41,039 nt of DNA from Thermoplasmatota archaeon (GTDB lineage: Archaea > Thermoplasmatota > E2 > DHVEG-1), in contig JAVYLV010000004.1 in assembly GCA_038740425.1 (NCBI GenBank), forward strand, positions 1 through 41,039, in the 5' to 3' direction. The notes under the pieces were generated by a model. That model had not been told where the DNA came from, did not search any database, and saw nothing but the letters and a program-made list of their open reading frames with translations. Below, one piece after another: positions 9,840-19,513 of the stretch. The position numbers were made by a program, and so were the translations under genes. Numbering within the stretch: position 1 is the first letter of the stretch; each line of letters starts with the position of its first letter.

Positions 9840-11650
9840 TGGGTGGATCCTCCTCTCGCTATTTTAAGAACCTGTTCAGGATGTTTATAGTAAGTATGTA
9901 TTATACGACCAACTTCTCTGTAATCACGTATATTATTTTTAAGCATCCATTCTAATACTTGTATACGATTTTGTATTTCCTCCTCCAAGCGTTCTTCACT
10001 CCAATCATTCTGCTGCCTTATCCTTGTTAATACCTTGCTCGAACGACTACTTTCAAAACGATCATCAGTCTTAGATACCCATGTGAAAGGAGCCATGAAT
10101 ATCAACTGGTTGGTATCAGAATCTAGTTTAATTATCTCAGTTACACTAGTCATACGTCTAACCATTTTACCGTTAATCTCTACAGCATTCTGGAATACTA
10201 TAATATCCAACGATGTTAGAAGAGCTCTGGGTAGTGATATCGGCGGGTTTTCAAGTCGCTGTATAAGGGTATGTATATCACTAGCGTGTATAGTAGCGTA
10301 TGAGGTATGACCAGTAGCCATAGCCTGGAATAGCACATAAGCTTCTCTTCCTCTAACCTCTCCTACTATTATTACACGTGGACGTTGTCTTAGAGCTGCT
10401 CTTATAAGATCAAACATGTCTATATCTTTACCTGTTTTATTTTCGTCAGATGTTGAGAAACCTGCACGTGTAGTACCTGCTATCCAGTTTTTATGAGGGA
10501 GATTAACCTCTCTGGTATCCTCTATTGATATGATCTTATGTGATGCTGGTATGAATAATGATAAAGCGTTTAACGCTGTGGTTTTACCTGATGCTGTCCC
10601 ACCACATATCAGTATAGATGCGCCGTATTCTATAGCTAACCAGAAATATGCAGCCATCTCCAATGACATGGATTTATAGGCGATTAAGTCTATGGGTGTT
10701 AATGGATCCTCTCTGAATTTACGTATAGTAAAGGTTGAACCTTTGGTAACAGTTCTTGCTAATGTAGCTTGTAATCTTGAACCGTCAGGTAGTTTACCAT
10801 CAACTATTGGTGAATATATAGATATCTGTTTCCCTGATATCTGACATAGTCTAACGATAAGAGAGTTTAACTCTTCTTCGTTTTCAAAATGTATATTGGT
10901 CTCTATAGCTTCGTATTTCCTATGATGAATGAATATTGGTGTATCTGGACCGTCGCATGATATATCTTCTATACCATCGTCATGCATTAATAGATCTATT
11001 CTACCATACCCTAGGAAATCACGGAAGAGATGGTAGAATATCTTATCTTTTGATACAGTGATGTACCCTGAACCAGATTTGTCTTTTCTACCAAATAATG
11101 ACTTACCTTCTTTAGTCTTATCTTTTTTCTCGGGTTTGGTTTTTTTTTGTTTATCTTTCTCTTTTTCAAGTTCCTCTATTTTTGATTTGAATTTATGATC
11201 AAAACGTATATTGTTGTCTGTTATGATACGTTCAAGTGTATCGCTCAGGAACTTGTGTTTCTCTTCGTTAGTCATGTCAAATGTGTTTACATCAGCTAGC
11301 ATCTTAAACAGGTGTGTCAGTTCTTTTTTAATCTCTTTTTCTTTCTCGTTTAAAGATGGTTCTATAACTTCATATATATACTCATTTTTTGAATGGTCGT
11401 ATATTATACGTCTACTTGCTAATCTACCCCACCCTAGTCCTTTTTTCTCTTCTATGATTTCTATCCCTGTCTTGTTAGTACTTATAGTTGGTAGTTTTTT
11501 TGCTTGTCTATGTTGACGTGCTTTTTCAAGTAGACTCATTTGTTTTGTATGGTCTATCTCAACTAGGGATCCATTAATATCATTGATTTGTTGTGCATCT
11601 TGTTTTTGTTTGATCATCTGTGCTTTTTCAAGTAGGCCCATACATGTCAC
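9836..11650 (-). CDS. type IV pilus/secretion ATPase (VirB11/ArlI/TadA family)
   Basis: Walker A GGTASGKT, SIEDTRE Asp box, ALRQRP..IIVGEVRG Walker B, MATGH..TIHA His box; true start probably the ATG three codons in (MGLLEK). Confidence 0.93.
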   Translation of the reverse strand: MTCMGLLEKAQMIKQKQDAQQINDINGSLVEIDHTKQMSLLEKARQHRQAKKLPTISTNKTGIEIIEEKKGLGWGRLASRRIIYDHSKNEYIYEVIEPSLNEKEKEIKKELTHLFKMLADVNTFDMTNEEKHKFLSDTLERIITDNNIRFDHKFKSKIEELEKEKDKQKKTKPEKKDKTKEGKSLFGRKDKSGSGYITVSKDKIFYHLFRDFLGYGRIDLLMHDDGIEDISCDGPDTPIFIHHRKYEAIETNIHFENEEELNSLIVRLCQISGKQISIYSPIVDGKLPDGSRLQATLARTVTKGSTFTIRKFREDPLTPIDLIAYKSMSLEMAAYFWLAIEYGASILICGGTASGKTTALNALSLFIPASHKIISIEDTREVNLPHKNWIAGTTRAGFSTSDENKTGKDIDMFDLIRAALRQRPRVIIVGEVRGREAYVLFQAMATGHTSYATIHASDIHTLIQRLENPPISLPRALLTSLDIIVFQNAVEINGKMVRRMTSVTEIIKLDSDTNQLIFMAPFTWVSKTDDRFESSRSSKVLTRIRQQNDWSEERLEEEIQNRIQVLEWMLKNNIRDYREVGRIIHTYYKHPEQVLKIARGGSTQ

Positions 11651-12756
11651 TTGATCTTGTATTTACTCATAACCTTCTCATATAACGAGTAATCCTCTGA
11701 TTGGGCAAAACTCTCTATAACATCGTCAGGTAGTTTTGCTAATAGATTATCAGTTATAAGCAGTAGTCTTTTCACGTCTTCATCGAGTGTTATCGTCTGA
11801 TCAGTTATATCCGCTTCTTCTTTTATTGTTTCTTCTGTGTTTGATGTATCCTCTTTGTGTTTTTTCTCATTTTTTGAGAATATAGAGAATAATGATTTGC
11901 CTTCTTTCTCTTTTTTCTTTTGTTTTCTTTTAAGTTCTTTTTCTCTCAGTTTTTCTTGTTTTTTTAATTCTTTCTCTTTTTTCTTTTCAAGTTTCTTTAG
12001 TTTCTTAAGTTCTTTTTTGTCTAATGTTTTTTCTTTGGTTGTTCGTATCTTCCTATCTTCTTGTTTATGTCTTGCTACCTGTTTTCTCATTCTGCTCTCT
12101 TCTTCATGAGTTTTTTCATCATGTTTTGTTTTGGCATGTGTTTTTTCTTTACTGGTTATATGTGTTGTTTTGTACGGGGTTGACTCTATCATATGATCAG
12201 CTATTGGGTCTTTCATCATCGTGGCGATATCCTCGTTGTAAGTCCCTTGTGGTATTTGTTCTGCTTCTACTGATCCCTTTACTAGGTTGAATGATTTTTT
12301 CTTAACTGAGATATCCATATTGTTTTCTACTATTCTATCCAGGAGGTTGTTATTGGTTTCTGGTAGGATAGCTATATGCATCCAGTTGTCTCTAGGTGTA
12401 TGTGGTTGGAAGGCGTCTTCTAATCTATCTACAAAGCGGAATGCTGATGTCCCTCCTATCATAGGCGGCGTTATAGTGAAATGCAGGGGTTGTATTTTAT
12501 CTTCTTTGTTTATTGTTAGACTATTGGATATGTACTCAGTGGTCATGATTCTTTTATTTAATGGCTTCCAGTCTTCGATACAGAGCGATCTTGACATTGA
12601 ATCTATATGCGAGATAGATGCATCCTCTTCCTCTCTTTTTGAGTGCTCATTTGTTTTTTCATGTTCTTTTAATATTTTATCGATCTTGTTTACTAATTCT
12701 AAATGTAAATCAACTTGTTTCTTTTTATCATCAGATTGAACTATCATCCATCTCAT
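11647..12756 (-). CDS. hypothetical protein, Lys/Glu-rich, first gene of pilus operon
   Basis: 369-aa ORF overlapping the ATPase ORF start; K/E low-complexity tract; compact helical C-terminus (LLLITDNLLAKLPDDVIESF). Confidence 0.7.
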   Translation of the reverse strand: MRWMIVQSDDKKKQVDLHLELVNKIDKILKEHEKTNEHSKREEEDASISHIDSMSRSLCIEDWKPLNKRIMTTEYISNSLTINKEDKIQPLHFTITPPMIGGTSAFRFVDRLEDAFQPHTPRDNWMHIAILPETNNNLLDRIVENNMDISVKKKSFNLVKGSVEAEQIPQGTYNEDIATMMKDPIADHMIESTPYKTTHITSKEKTHAKTKHDEKTHEEESRMRKQVARHKQEDRKIRTTKEKTLDKKELKKLKKLEKKKEKELKKQEKLREKELKRKQKKKEKEGKSLFSIFSKNEKKHKEDTSNTEETIKEEADITDQTITLDEDVKRLLLITDNLLAKLPDDVIESFAQSEDYSLYEKVMSKYKIK

Positions 12757-13003
12757 CCCCTTTTTTTCTCTTCATTGATTAAACCTTTTCTTGTAGAGTA
12801 TATTCCAGATTAAACATTCTACCCATTATTTTTTCAGCATCCCATCATATAACTATATTATTACCCAGCATCCCAATATTTGTTCTATGATTTATAATTA
12901 AGTAAGCATATATCCATCTAATAAATGTTTCGTTCTTGTAAAAAAACCAAAGTACTTTCAGTAATCTCTGTTTCGGTAAACTCTATCTACTTCTACTGGT
13001 ATT

Positions 13004-15046
13004 ATGCCGATCAAGTTAAACATGACTGATATATTCCCTTACAGATACCGGAAGAGTCAACGTGAGATAATAGAGGATATCAGATCAGTCATTGATAACA
13101 AAGAACATTTTATCTTCGAATCTGGTACTGGCTCAGGTAAAACAATCTGTGTGTTATCAGCTACTATACCTTATGCTCTTAGATTCAATAAAAGAATTAT
13201 TTATACTACTCGTACAAATGCTCAGCAACAGCAAGTTCTAGTTGAACTACGTGCCATAAAGAAGATGATAAAGAACACTGGTGTATTTGGTGTAGGTTTA
13301 CAGGGTCGTTCTAATATGTGTCTTCTAGCATTGTTTGACTCTGAGATAAACTCTGGTACATCTGATGAGCTTTCCAGGTTCTGCTCTTATCAAAAGAAAC
13401 AAGCTTTGAATACAAAGAATAAAGGTTGTCCCTACTATCGTAAATTTTTGAATGATAAAGATAAGACGATAGCTGTTGTGAGTTGGATGAAAAAGAGATT
13501 ACCTACAGCAGAGGAGTTTGTTAAATACTGTAAAAAAATCTCAATATGCCCATATGAGCTGATAAAGATCATCATTCATGAAGCACTGGTGGTAGTTGTA
13601 CCTTATATCTATATTTTTGATAAGACCATAAGAATAAAGCTATTAGATTGGATGGGTGTATCAGATGATGATATCATACTTATAGTAGATGAGGCTCATA
13701 ACCTACCAGATTATCTACGTGAATCATACTCTGCTGATCTCAGCATAGGGATGCTTAATGGTTGCATATATGAAGCTGAGAAACATGGCAATCCCTCTCT
13801 CATTGACGGTGATATTACCATATCTGATTTCTGCAGAAGATTATCTGAGATCATATTCAACATTAGAGATACTTACGTATATAAGCTAGTAGAAGGAGAA
13901 ACGCTACTCAGAGAGAATAAAACAGAGTATAATGATGCTTTTATACCATCGCATGAATTCGAATCAGAGATACTGTACAGATTCCATATAAACGAAGCAA
14001 AGTATCATGATATAGTAAGTGACCTAGTAGCCTACGGAGAGAAGATACAGGAGTACAAACAAAAACAGGGTAAACTACCAAGATCCTATATACACAAACT
14101 AGGTGTATTCCTGGATTTCTGGTTGAACATTGAAAGTGATCACTACATTAAACTAGTGGTGGATGACACCCAAGGTAAAAATCCTCGGATAGAAGCTTAC
14201 TGTCTTGACTCATCACTTGGTGCCTCAGTTATAAAACAATTTCATTCATCTATACATATGTCAGGTACACTTAAACCATTAGAAGAATATCGTGACTCTC
14301 TAGGTTTACCATTTGATACAATACTAAAGACTTATCCTTCACCATTCCCCTCTGAGAACCGACGTGTATTCTACATAGAAGATGTAACAACCAGGTATGA
14401 GGATATATCAAATAATGACTTCTTGCTGTCTCGACTATGGGGGTACATATCCACTATATGTAACACCTTCCCACGTAACACCATGGTATGCTTCCCTAGT
14501 TATAACACTTTATCATATTTCCGGGATCGAGGATGGTTCAATGATATAAAGAGATGTTTATACGTGGAGGAGCAATCATTGACTCAATCCAGGCTGATGG
14601 AGTTAGTATCAGATTTTAAATCATGTAGTAACAACAATGGTGCTGCTTTATTCTCTGTCATAGGGGGTCGTATAAGTGAGGGAATGGATTTCCCAGCTGA
14701 AGAACTCGAGATAGCGGTTATAGTAGGCATACCATACCCGAAACCTACAGCTCGTCAACGTGGACTGCAACATTATTATGATATAAAATTCGGTAAAGGA
14801 TGGGAGTATACCGTGGAGGCTCCAGCTGCACGTAAGCTACTACAATCAATAGGGCGTCTTATACGGGACGAGAATGACAGGGGTGTAGCTGTTATACTAG
14901 ATAAACGCGCACCTAGATTCAAAAGATACATACCTGATATGAAGGAGTCTAATGATATTATTAAAGATATACATGTATTCTTACAGCAGGGTATGATAAA
15001 AAAAGAAGTTGATGAAGCAGTAGAAACCAGCAAGAATAAATTATAA
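13004..15046 (+). CDS. XPD/Rad3/DinG-family Fe-S ATP-dependent DNA helicase
   Basis: Q motif YRKSQ, Walker A GTGSGKT, four Fe-S Cys (MCL, RFC, GCPYY, ICPYE), DEAH, SGTL, SEGMDF, QSIGRLIR. Confidence 0.92.
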   Translation: MPIKLNMTDIFPYRYRKSQREIIEDIRSVIDNKEHFIFESGTGSGKTICVLSATIPYALRFNKRIIYTTRTNAQQQQVLVELRAIKKMIKNTGVFGVGLQGRSNMCLLALFDSEINSGTSDELSRFCSYQKKQALNTKNKGCPYYRKFLNDKDKTIAVVSWMKKRLPTAEEFVKYCKKISICPYELIKIIIHEALVVVVPYIYIFDKTIRIKLLDWMGVSDDDIILIVDEAHNLPDYLRESYSADLSIGMLNGCIYEAEKHGNPSLIDGDITISDFCRRLSEIIFNIRDTYVYKLVEGETLLRENKTEYNDAFIPSHEFESEILYRFHINEAKYHDIVSDLVAYGEKIQEYKQKQGKLPRSYIHKLGVFLDFWLNIESDHYIKLVVDDTQGKNPRIEAYCLDSSLGASVIKQFHSSIHMSGTLKPLEEYRDSLGLPFDTILKTYPSPFPSENRRVFYIEDVTTRYEDISNNDFLLSRLWGYISTICNTFPRNTMVCFPSYNTLSYFRDRGWFNDIKRCLYVEEQSLTQSRLMELVSDFKSCSNNNGAALFSVIGGRISEGMDFPAEELEIAVIVGIPYPKPTARQRGLQHYYDIKFGKGWEYTVEAPAARKLLQSIGRLIRDENDRGVAVILDKRAPRFKRYIPDMKESNDIIKDIHVFLQQGMIKKEVDEAVETSKNKL

Positions 15047-15095
15047 AAAAACCAACCTTTTTAGGGAAAAATCAAAAAGTTATCTCGAGTTTCTA

Positions 15096-15266
15096 TTATG
15101 ATGGTAGAAAATCTGGTATACCCTCCTCTATAGGATATTTTTTATCACATCTTATGCATGTGAACAAACCTTTTATTATCTCTTCTTTATTCTCTTTCTC
15201 TACAGCAAGCTCTAGAGGTCCCTTGCATATGGGACAGCATAGTATATCTATCATATCTCTCTTCAA
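15096..15266 (-). CDS. trm112: Trm112 family methyltransferase activator (56 aa; not in ORF track)
   Basis: TTG start after GAGGTG RBS; MKRDMIDILCCPICKGPLELAVEKENKEEIIKGLFTCIRCDKKYPIEEGIPDFLPS; CPxC...CxxC zinc knuckle and YPIxxGIP signature. Confidence 0.92.
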   Translation of the reverse strand: MKRDMIDILCCPICKGPLELAVEKENKEEIIKGLFTCIRCDKKYPIEEGIPDFLPS

Positions 15267-15290
15267 ATGGTAGCACCTCTTCTATTTGTC

Positions 15291-16397
15291 TTAATAATCT
15301 CTTAGTAGTATAGCTCTTCTCTTTCCAAGGTCCGAGTCGTATATCCAACCCCAGTCATCGTCACTTATCCTTTTAGCCTCTTCGATATTCTGCATATAGT
15401 TCTTTATCTGTGAATCCATAAGGTCAGCGTAGTGTAATATACAAGCCTCTATGGTTATAGGTAGACGAGGTGATCCCCACTCATATCTACCATGATGACT
15501 TAATATAAGATGACTTATTTGATTCTCAGTATCCCTAGGGAAATCATAACCCTCTCCTCTTAAAGTTTCTATCCTCTCCTTTATCCAACGGTCACCTAGT
15601 ACTATATGACCTATGAAGTTCCCCTCCTCGGTTTTATCGATAGAAGCTTTCACTGTATACTCCTTGAGTTTACCTATATCGTGTAGCAGAGCACCTGTTA
15701 TGAGTAGATCCTTGTTTATACCAGGATACATATCACTTATAGTATGACACAACTTTATAACACTTACAACATGCTCCAGGTTACCACCTAGGTAGTTATG
15801 GTGATGGGTCATAGCTGACGGTGAAGTTTTATAAGCATCTATGAATCCTTTATCATTGAAGAATGAATCTAGTAATCTACGCAGACTCTCGGTGTTAATC
15901 GTGTTTATCTCCTTTTTTATAATATCCATCAGCTCTTGTATACGTTCTTCACTCAGTGATGGTACAAAATCACGCATATCGTACTCGTTCTTGCTGCATC
16001 TTCTTATACCCCCTGTACTCTCATTCACAGAGATCTGTGGTTTCTCATCATATATCTCAACATACCCTGAACGTATCTGGACGACATCACCTACAGTGAA
16101 GCTATCATATAATCTTTTAACCCTATCCTTGTTTTCCCCACCCCAGTATTTCACTAGTATACTACCTGTTTTATCTGTGGCTAAAAAATCGAACCATATA
16201 CCTTTCTTATATGGACGTGGAGGATTTTTACGTGCAACAGCAAATAAATCATTAATCTGGTCTTTTTCTTTTAGAGATTCTATATATTGTTCTTTTTTAC
16301 GTCTACCTGTATCAGCGTTTATTAGAGTCTGCTCATCATTTTTATCAGTGAATATATCAATACTACTCATGTACAAATATAACCCCTTTTCATACAA
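15291..16397 (-). CDS. yhaM: YhaM/Cbf1-like 3'-5' exoribonuclease (OB-fold + HD domain)
   Basis: DKTGSI..KYW OB-fold; PSAMTHHHNYLGGNLEH, LLHDIGK, GHI, SHHG..EWGSP, LHYAD. Confidence 0.85.
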   Translation of the reverse strand: MYEKGLYLYMSSIDIFTDKNDEQTLINADTGRRKKEQYIESLKEKDQINDLFAVARKNPPRPYKKGIWFDFLATDKTGSILVKYWGGENKDRVKRLYDSFTVGDVVQIRSGYVEIYDEKPQISVNESTGGIRRCSKNEYDMRDFVPSLSEERIQELMDIIKKEINTINTESLRRLLDSFFNDKGFIDAYKTSPSAMTHHHNYLGGNLEHVVSVIKLCHTISDMYPGINKDLLITGALLHDIGKLKEYTVKASIDKTEEGNFIGHIVLGDRWIKERIETLRGEGYDFPRDTENQISHLILSHHGRYEWGSPRLPITIEACILHYADLMDSQIKNYMQNIEEAKRISDDDWGWIYDSDLGKRRAILLRDY

Positions 16398-16427
16398 CTA
16401 TCTTTTTTTATCCTTATATAAACCCTT

Positions 16428-17840
16428 TCATAGTTTATACGTTTTTCCCTCTTTGACTAGTATAACCTTATCTGTAAATCTATTAAAGAAAGCAGGATGC
16501 TCAGTGTGTATAGGGTATAACATCCTCGGCTTTATACTCTTTATAAGATTCTTAAGATCATAACCACAGATATGACCTGAGCAGTGCGCTTGTATATACT
16601 TCAATGTGAAATGATCAAGCCAATTCCTCATCCTTTTATATGATATCATCATCTCCTCGTTAAATGGCTCAGATAAGGAGTGAATGTATGCCCCCTTTCT
16701 TGGTCTGAGATCAACTAGTATATTGAAATACCAGAAATTCAACACTATTATATACTCCCCCGGTTTCTCTTTTATCTCCTCAGCTGTCAATATATTTGGG
16801 TAGTTTAACCTCTTCCTGATATAAGCATCGCTATAATCCTCATCTATATATGTACCTGTCAAACGTTTAGGTTTCAGTAGTACTATATGATCATCTACGC
16901 TATCAGGTGTTCCAACATTTTTATCTTTATGGTAACGCTCAAGGAAACAAGCATGTTTAAAACTTATCACTAGTTTTTTACCCAACTCTCTAGTTATCCT
17001 ATAGAACGTGGTGAACCTGTCAACATCCTTGAAGTTGAAATCCACTATGGAGAAATCCTTGGAAGAGGATAGGATGTTTTTAGCCTTCTCATATACCCTA
17101 TGCTCAGATTCCATTGTTCTGCCTGTATTTACCCTTGTACCCTCTGTTATCATAGCTACAGGCTCTGATGCTTTAGCAGACTCTAGGAAATCCCAGGATT
17201 TCTCAGCGTATAAACCATGTAGACGTAGATCACCGGTGTATACTATAGAACCTTCTGACGTATAGATTATAAAACCATAGGAACCAGGTACACTATGATC
17301 AACATGCACAGGCTCTATCTCTAATGATCCTACATGGAACCGTTTACCTGATTCGTACAACTTGAACTCTCTGCTAACAGGGGGTTTATTATAATCCCTT
17401 CTATACAATGGTCTTGGTTTATAGTTTATAACCTCGTTTTCTATATCGCGTTGACTCTGTTCCTCTACAGCTTCTAATATAGCTTTACATGTACTGCTAC
17501 AATAAACCGGTATATCCTTATGCAAGAACGAGATATAGTTTGCATGATCAGCATGAGCATGCGATAAGACTACAGCATCTATACTAACCTCTTCCTCCTT
17601 TCTACCCAGATGTCTTATGAGATCATCCCTATACACACCTGGTATATCAGGTAATAACCCCATCTCTAAAAAATCACCTATACCATTAGCAGTCCTAGGT
17701 GGTAGATACTCCTCGAAGAACTCAGCCCGTCTACTGAAACCCAAGCCGAAATCCAAGAATATACGTGTATCCTCATCTTCTAATAGTATCTTGTTACCAC
17801 CTATCTCATCTACACCACCATGAAATGTAAGGTAAACCAT
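16428..17840 (-). CDS. metallo-beta-lactamase/beta-CASP nuclease (RNase J-like)
   Basis: GGVDEIGGN, LDFG, SHAHADH, VDHSVPG, YTGD, EGT, HCSGH, PIHTE motifs; GGAGG RBS. Confidence 0.88.
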   Translation of the reverse strand: MVYLTFHGGVDEIGGNKILLEDEDTRIFLDFGLGFSRRAEFFEEYLPPRTANGIGDFLEMGLLPDIPGVYRDDLIRHLGRKEEEVSIDAVVLSHAHADHANYISFLHKDIPVYCSSTCKAILEAVEEQSQRDIENEVINYKPRPLYRRDYNKPPVSREFKLYESGKRFHVGSLEIEPVHVDHSVPGSYGFIIYTSEGSIVYTGDLRLHGLYAEKSWDFLESAKASEPVAMITEGTRVNTGRTMESEHRVYEKAKNILSSSKDFSIVDFNFKDVDRFTTFYRITRELGKKLVISFKHACFLERYHKDKNVGTPDSVDDHIVLLKPKRLTGTYIDEDYSDAYIRKRLNYPNILTAEEIKEKPGEYIIVLNFWYFNILVDLRPRKGAYIHSLSEPFNEEMMISYKRMRNWLDHFTLKYIQAHCSGHICGYDLKNLIKSIKPRMLYPIHTEHPAFFNRFTDKVILVKEGKTYKL

Positions 17841-17910
17841 TAAAACCTCCTCTTTTATTGGATTCTATAATCAAGTGCTCTTCTTATATAAAAATTTATT
17901 TATTTCTCAA

Positions 17911-17941
17911 ATTTCAATTTCACAATGGTCTGATTCTTAAC
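17911..17941 (-). repeat. solitary CRISPR-like repeat unrelated to the main array
   Basis: Minus strand reads GTTAAGAATCAGACCATTGTGAAATTGAAAT: GTT start, AATCAGACC core and ATTGAAAT 3' handle typical of ~30-nt euryarchaeal repeats; single full copy. Confidence 0.6.
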
Positions 17942-18112
17942 GGTGTAATAATAGATGCAGATCCATTGATACATACAGTTGATAGGGTAATGATGGTTAA
18001 AAATGATAAGATATACAGTGCAGAGATGAATGAGTTAGAAAAAGGAGAAAACATGAAGATACAGCATACTATATAAAAAACCGCCAGAAGAATTTTAAAG
18101 GGGTGATTAGAT

Positions 18113-19462
18113 TTGCATCAAGCGATAATGATGAAGAAAATAATTTTTCCTATATTAGTAAGTTTTGTGCTAATGGGGGTACTGCTAATAGGTTGCACAC
18201 AGCAACAATCAACATTAAACACGCAAGAAACATGTGCAAAAGAATGTATTACTCTATTAAGCAATGGCAGATATAGAGAAGCGTATAATCTTTTTAACTC
18301 TAATGTGACTACTCAGATATCTATCGCTCAGTTAGAATATGTATGGGTGAGTATTATTGAGCAATACGGGGCATTTCTTGGTATCGTAAAAACTGATACA
18401 GGTACATTACTAGGTCATATGTTCGTTGACGTTACATGTAATTTCTCAATATCTGGGGAGATTAACATCAGATTGTTTTTTGATGAACATATACTGATAG
18501 CAGGGATGCAAATTCTACCTGTACAAAGAGCCTATGAATATACACCGCCTGATTATGTTGATGCTACCGCATTTTATGAGATTAACATAACGATTGGTTC
18601 TGAAGAATGGGTTCTACCTGGAACCATGACGATACCTAATGGTGAAGGACCATACCCTGGTGTAGTACTTGTACATGGATCAGGTCAAAATGATAGAGAC
18701 GAAACAACCGGACCAAATAAACCATTCAAAGATATTGCATGGGGTCTAGCATCTAACGGTATAGTAGTGTTAAGGTATGAAAAGCGAACAAAGCAATATC
18801 AACAGCGATTTGCTGAGATCAGAAATTATACGGTTCAAGATGAAACGATTGATGATGCGATCGCAGCGGTTGATTTGTTGAATGTAACGTCGATAGTTAA
18901 TCACTCACAGATATTCATACTTGGGCATAGTTTAGGAGGTATGCTCGCACCTCGTATCGCAATTCAGGATCAACGCATAGCAGGATTGATTCTTCTCGCT
19001 GCACCAACAAGGCATATCGAAGATTTGTTTTTAGATCAGATGATGTATCTCACTAGTCTGTATAGTACAATAGACGAAAACAACACATCGATTTCGATAA
19101 TAAAAAACATTGTAAAAAAGATCAAAGAGTTGAATATCAGCGATGGGGAGATGGTTTTAGGCGCACCCAAATCATATTGGAGTGACCTTCAGACATATGA
19201 TCCTGTTGTTACCGCAAAGAGCTTAGATATTCCAATGTTAATTCTTCAAGGTAAAAGAGATTTTCAAGTTACAATGGTCGATTTCAATATGTGGAATGAA
19301 ACATTTTATGGAAAAACATCTGTAACATTGAAGAGTTATGATTCGTTAAACCATTTATTCATACCTGGTATCGGTAAGCCAACACGTATAGAGTATTTCA
19401 TAGAAGGCCATATACCAAACGAGGTTATAACAGATATTGCATCATGGATAAAAAACCGATAA
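18113..19462 (+). CDS. lipoprotein alpha/beta hydrolase with DUF3887-like N-terminal domain
   Basis: Lipobox LLIGC (start probably ATG 18128/18131); VHGSGQNDRDE, GHSLGG nucleophile elbow, QGKRDFQV, LNHLF. Confidence 0.85.
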   Translation: MHQAIMMKKIIFPILVSFVLMGVLLIGCTQQQSTLNTQETCAKECITLLSNGRYREAYNLFNSNVTTQISIAQLEYVWVSIIEQYGAFLGIVKTDTGTLLGHMFVDVTCNFSISGEINIRLFFDEHILIAGMQILPVQRAYEYTPPDYVDATAFYEINITIGSEEWVLPGTMTIPNGEGPYPGVVLVHGSGQNDRDETTGPNKPFKDIAWGLASNGIVVLRYEKRTKQYQQRFAEIRNYTVQDETIDDAIAAVDLLNVTSIVNHSQIFILGHSLGGMLAPRIAIQDQRIAGLILLAAPTRHIEDLFLDQMMYLTSLYSTIDENNTSISIIKNIVKKIKELNISDGEMVLGAPKSYWSDLQTYDPVVTAKSLDIPMLILQGKRDFQVTMVDFNMWNETFYGKTSVTLKSYDSLNHLFIPGIGKPTRIEYFIEGHIPNEVITDIASWIKNR

Positions 19463-19513
19463 GATTTGATTTATATTTTGTTATTCTAGTGTAAACGAAC
19501 TTGTTTATTTCAA

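Noticed and set aside
8080-11650. Archaellum (arlI/arlJ) operon
   Set aside because: Two separate short TadB/C-like genes and no archaellin, arlH, arlF or arlG; better explained as a pilus system.
15841-16563. 240-aa plus-strand ORF and other shadow ORFs (e.g. 19956-20465, 12287-12739, 31202-31564)
   Set aside because: Antisense to well-supported genes, with no recognisable motifs.
17979-18009. Second degenerate repeat 37 bp after the solo repeat
   Set aside because: Only about 11 of 31 positions match, which is background level.
17858-18076. 72-aa ORF as an intact gene
   Set aside because: Runs through the nuclease promoter and the solo repeat; at best its 3' half is a gene scar.
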